This document shows, piece by piece, positions 61,736-64,000 of a DNA stretch of 64,000 nt. Below the pieces are notes generated by a model. That model saw only the letters and a program-made list of their open reading frames with translations. It was not told where the DNA came from and did no database searches. The stretch covers positions 195,339 through 259,338 of IMG/VR virus record IMGVR_UViG_3300046660_000716; one strand, 5' to 3'. How positions within the stretch are numbered: the stretch's first letter is position 1; the number at the start of each line of letters is the position of its first letter. Both the position numbers and the translations under genes were made by a program.

Positions 61736-62830
61736 TCAGACCCTGCCGTGGCTCTGCAGCAGCTTCAGGTACTCGGCCTGGCCGCCCGCGATGGTCTTGG
61801 CGTCGGCCTCGCGCTGGGCGGTGGCGTCGGTCTCGATGCGGCGCACCTCGGTGACGGTCTCGATCATGCGGGTGCGGATGTGGTTCAGCACGCTGGTCTG
61901 GATGAGCGGCGCGTTGGCCACCTTGGCCGTGCGGATCGAGGCGGCCTTGGTGCTGTCCGCGCTGCGGGTCAGCGTGGTCGTCAGCAGCTGGCGCATGTTC
62001 TCGGCCAGCGTCAGCGTCTTCTGGTGGTCCAGGGTCTGCAGGTAGCGGACGAACTCGCGCTTGAGCATTGGGAAGCCCTGCTCGACGAAGTCGTTCAGGA
62101 TCTGGATGTCGGTCAGCGATCCGTTCTGCTGGTCGCGGATCGATGCGGCGCTCCCCTCGATCTGAGCCTGGAGGCGCTCGGCCGAATCGATCTTGATCTT
62201 CAGGCGGGACAGAAGGGCTTGGGCGTCGCGGATGGCCTGGCCCTTCATGACCGCGTCCGGATCGTCCTGGGAGGGAGCGGGCGTGTTCGCCAGCTGTGCC
62301 TCCATGCTGCGCTTCCAGGACTCGCCCTTCTCGATGACGCCGCGGAGCATCTTGTACTGCTCCCAGTTCTCGGCGTACATGGCCTCCAGATCGTCGACCC
62401 ACTTGGCCTGGACCGTCACGTGGGTGGCGATCTTGGCAGCCAGCTGGTCGAAAACCTGCTCGCCCTTCTTCAGGCGCAGCGTCATCTCGGCCTTGACGTT
62501 GCCGAAGCGGCGCTGGATCCAGCCGGCGACGCCGCGCTTCATGATCGAGTCCGGGTCGAGGTTCTCGGCCTCGGCCTGCACTTGGACCAGCATCGCGCCC
62601 ATGTCGCCGAAGCGGCTGACGCCCATCTCGGAGACGATGCGCTCGGTGGTGGCGCCGACGTTGCGGGCAACGTCGCCGAACAGGTCGTCCATGTCCTTCT
62701 GCGTGAATGGTAGGATGGTCAGCGGCGCGTCGGGCAGCGCGGTCGTCCGCACCACCATGGCCGTCGGGGCCGGCGGGACGGGTACTAGGCCGCGCAGGCG
62801 CGCAGCTCTAGCGAGTGGTGATTCATTCAT
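61736..62830 (-). CDS. telA: TelA/KlaA toxic anion resistance family protein
   Basis: Coiled-coil; GWIQRRFG...FDQLAAKI, LEAMYAENWEQY, SAASIRDQQN; Ter context. Confidence 0.75.
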   Translation of the reverse strand: MNESPLARAARLRGLVPVPPAPTAMVVRTTALPDAPLTILPFTQKDMDDLFGDVARNVGATTERIVSEMGVSRFGDMGAMLVQVQAEAENLDPDSIMKRGVAGWIQRRFGNVKAEMTLRLKKGEQVFDQLAAKIATHVTVQAKWVDDLEAMYAENWEQYKMLRGVIEKGESWKRSMEAQLANTPAPSQDDPDAVMKGQAIRDAQALLSRLKIKIDSAERLQAQIEGSAASIRDQQNGSLTDIQILNDFVEQGFPMLKREFVRYLQTLDHQKTLTLAENMRQLLTTTLTRSADSTKAASIRTAKVANAPLIQTSVLNHIRTRMIETVTEVRRIETDATAQREADAKTIAGGQAEYLKLLQSHGRV

Positions 62831-62839
62831 GGTGCTTCC

Positions 62840-63511
62840 TTACAGGGTGATGATGTTATCCGGACTTACTGCGCGCTCGAACATGACAGCGCGAATGTCG
62901 CGCACGACGGTGACGAGCGGGTGCTTCAGCCAGGAGCCGACGGGGCGGAACGTGATGCCCTCCACTTCCACGCCCGGCATGTGGACGAAGACTGGACGGT
63001 TCAGGCCGATGGCGATGCCGACCTCGATGAAGGCGCCCTTGAGCGGAAAGTCCTCAGCCTGCACGTGCAGCACCAGGCGCTCCGCAGCGGCGATCTCGCG
63101 AACGATGCGCTCCCACAGCTCGGCGTAGCACTCCGTCTCTCCGTGGGCCGCCTCGTCGATCCAGGTCGACGTGACGTCGGCCCCGGCCTCGCGCATCTCG
63201 CGCCACATGGCGGAGCGCTCGGGAATGCTGGCGCGGCTGGCGGCGTAGACGCGCGGCGGCGTCACCGGCTGGTTGGCTGCCAGGTACGCCGCAACCAGCT
63301 CGTGCAGCTCGCTCATTCCCGCAAAGCGCATTTGCTGTGGGGTGATATTCAGGTCGGCCGCCACATCAGTGATCCAGGTGTTCGGCAAGGCGCCGAATGC
63401 CGCGCGGTACGCGGCGGTCTCGTCCAGGGTCTTGCGCACACTGCGCAGCGTGCCGTCGATCATGAAGTACGCGTAGCGCGTCGCGTTGTCTGTTACGATG
63501 ACGATTTTCAT
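62840..63511 (-). CDS. Unknown N-terminal domain fused to a nucleoside 2-deoxyribosyltransferase-like domain
   Basis: RVYAAS...VTSTWID...EIAAAERLV...KGAFIEVGIAIGLNRPVFV. Confidence 0.65.
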   Translation of the reverse strand: MKIVIVTDNATRYAYFMIDGTLRSVRKTLDETAAYRAAFGALPNTWITDVAADLNITPQQMRFAGMSELHELVAAYLAANQPVTPPRVYAASRASIPERSAMWREMREAGADVTSTWIDEAAHGETECYAELWERIVREIAAAERLVLHVQAEDFPLKGAFIEVGIAIGLNRPVFVHMPGVEVEGITFRPVGSWLKHPLVTVVRDIRAVMFERAVSPDNIITL

Positions 63512-63512
63512 T

Positions 63513-63749
63513 CTATGCTCCCTTGATTGTGTCGAGTACGTACTGGGCCATCTTGGCGTCCGTCATGGTGCCGATGTCGCGCAGCTTGCCATCCAGGTAC
63601 ACGGTGGTGACCTGGACGTTCGGCAGCGCGTCGAGCATGTCGAGCGCACCGCCGGCCTTGAGGATGTCGTCAAACCACACCAGGACCTTGCCCTCGTGCA
63701 TGAAGACAGAGGTGCCAATCTCTGTGTCCGACGCTTCAATGATATTCAT
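63513..63749 (-). CDS. Hypothetical protein
   Basis: 78 aa, AAGG RBS, in operon. Confidence 0.6.
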   Translation of the reverse strand: MNIIEASDTEIGTSVFMHEGKVLVWFDDILKAGGALDMLDALPNVQVTTVYLDGKLRDIGTMTDAKMAQYVLDTIKGA

Positions 63750-63792
63750 GTGCAGCCTTTCATGACCCTTCGGCGCCGGGCCGAAGGGACTG

Positions 63793-64000
63793 TCATTTCG
63801 TTTTCGGTGGCACGCTGTCCGGGTCGGACAGCGTGACGGTCGTGTAGCTCACGGAGCGGAAGCCCCTGGCCTCCAGGCGCTCGCGCAGCGCCTCGCGGGT
63901 GCACGCGTCGCCCAGCTCGGACTCGGTGGCCCTGATGGCGATGCCCGCGCCCTTGCGGTCGAAGCCTGGAGGCGGGGTGAAGACGCCGGTCACGCCGCCG
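63793..64000 (-). CDS. Hypothetical protein, probably starting beyond the right edge
   Basis: Open frame with typical codon bias; no RBS visible in the window. Confidence 0.5.
   Translation of the reverse strand, partial: GGVTGVFTPPPGFDRKGAGIAIRATESELGDACTREALRERLEARGFRSVSYTTVTLSDPDSVPPKTK

Noticed and set aside
1-64000. CRISPR array, tRNA or rRNA genes, group I/II introns, inteins
   Set aside because: No regularly spaced direct repeats, cloverleaf or intein signatures were seen by eye; the RNAP, primase and GroEL frames are uninterrupted. tRNAscan/Infernal were not run.
1-64000. Stop-codon reassignment (alternative genetic code)
   Set aside because: TAA, TAG and TGA all end well-formed genes at expected positions, and coding density is high under the standard code.
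1-64000. Phage nucleus shell (chimallin) or PhuZ tubulin
   Set aside because: No candidate recognised in this window; nucleus formation can neither be claimed nor excluded.

Overview
A 64 kb slice of a GC-rich (about 67% by spot count) jumbo myophage genome. It is not bacterial chromosome. Gene content and promoter signature resemble the AR9/PBS1/phiR1-37 type of phages that encode their own multisubunit RNA polymerases. Left to right: (1) 1-18.9 kb, tail/baseplate module: 2535-aa tape-measure-like protein with a GH19 lysozyme domain, gp48-like tube cap, RusA resolvase, J/gp6-like wedge and tube-fold protein. (2) 19.5-33.5 kb: an MBD4-like glycosylase, then a cluster of probable protease-processed head cargo proteins (a paralog family, a PrsW/CPBP-like intramembrane protease, a permuted papain-like amidase), plus a 5'-3' exonuclease and a TnsA/gp4-like nuclease. 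(3) 33.7-35.6 kb: gp25-like and gp26-like baseplate genes with a candidate -1 frameshift. (4) 36-47.6 kb: phage GroEL, HAD phosphatase, probable sigma-like nvRNAP specificity subunit, primase, dCTP deaminase and RNase HI. (5) 47.6-57.8 kb: split RNAP beta-prime C-terminal subunit, a SUKH/glycine-zipper protein, baseplate genes and two HNH-like paralogs. (6) 57.8-64 kb: a Ter-type stress cluster (TerD, DUF475/TerC-like, vWA, TelA, NDT-like). The main hidden signals are a shared (I/V/M)-x-(L/M)-G-L peptide tag at the N- or C-terminus of at least 7 probable head proteins, in most cases separated from the protein body by an x-x-E|A type site, and 16 correctly oriented AACA-N6-T(A/G) motifs matching the AR9 late promoter consensus. 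No tRNA, rRNA, CRISPR array or transposon was found. All family assignments come from motif recognition by eye, not from database searches.
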